A stretch of DNA of 31,781 nucleotides from a virus (taxonomy: Duplodnaviria; Heunggongvirae; Uroviricota; Caudoviricetes): IMG/VR virus record IMGVR_UViG_2579778929_000008, one strand, 5' to 3'. Both the position numbers and the translations under genes were made by a program. The notes beneath the pieces were generated by a model, which had not been told where the DNA came from, did not search any database, and saw nothing but the letters and a program-made list of their open reading frames with translations. Position 1 is the stretch's first letter. Every line of letters begins with the position of its first letter. Of the stretch, positions 31,611 to 31,781 are shown piece by piece.

Positions 31611-31781
31611 ATGGTCCGTCTGCCCCCTATGGTGATGTCAGCAAAATCAGCCACTGCGCGAACCACAATAGCCCGGGAAGATGCTGAAGATCACCAGGTA
31701 AAGCTATCAGCGCAGAAACTGGAAGAACTGCTCGCATCAATGGTTAAGGATGAGGTTGATCGCAATGATGGGATTTATTGA
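31611..31781 (+). CDS. Hypothetical small protein (56 aa)
   Basis: GGAGG (31596-31600) about 10 nt before ATG at 31611; TGA at 31779-31781, the last bases of the window. Product MVRLPPMVMSAKSATARTTIAREDAEDHQVKLSAQKLEELLASMVKDEVDRNDGIY. Track ORF starts upstream at TTG 31500. Confidence 0.3.
   Translation: MVRLPPMVMSAKSATARTTIAREDAEDHQVKLSAQKLEELLASMVKDEVDRNDGIY

Overview
This window is the late (lysis plus morphogenesis) half of a lambdoid, Qin/phage-21-like prophage of an E. coli-type host, read left to right on the + strand. All protein identifications rest on my recall of E. coli K-12 and phage lambda/21 protein sequences, not on any search. Layout: the 3' end of an IS5 copy (1-504); a hok/mok/sok-type type I toxin locus; rem, a DUF968 ydfU-like gene and the Q antiterminator (quuQ) with a short promoter/terminator module; a cold-shock gene (cspB-like) and a divergent zinc-ribbon gene; a phage-21-type lysis cassette (pinholin with dual start, ydfR-like, SAR endolysin, Rz with embedded Rz1); a moron island of small genes (cspI, gnsB, ydfO and others); then a near-complete lambda-like morphogenesis operon (W, portal, protease-scaffold-capsid fusion, connector genes, U, V, G, G-T, tape measure, M, L, K, I, J, lom, stf, tfa). 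The prophage looks defective: only the last ~120 codons of the large terminase remain, the major tail gene V is split at an A5 run, and J carries an in-frame TGA where I recall a Trp codon in lambda. The most unusual element is at the right end: an AT-rich cassette encoding a class I SAM-dependent methyltransferase on the opposite strand, bracketed by ~205-bp direct repeats of the tfa 3' end. I found no CRISPR array, tRNA, integrase or invertase. I cannot show that any element here is a previously undescribed system; the methyltransferase cassette, the small peptide upstream of hok and the zinc-ribbon ORFs are the candidates I would follow up.
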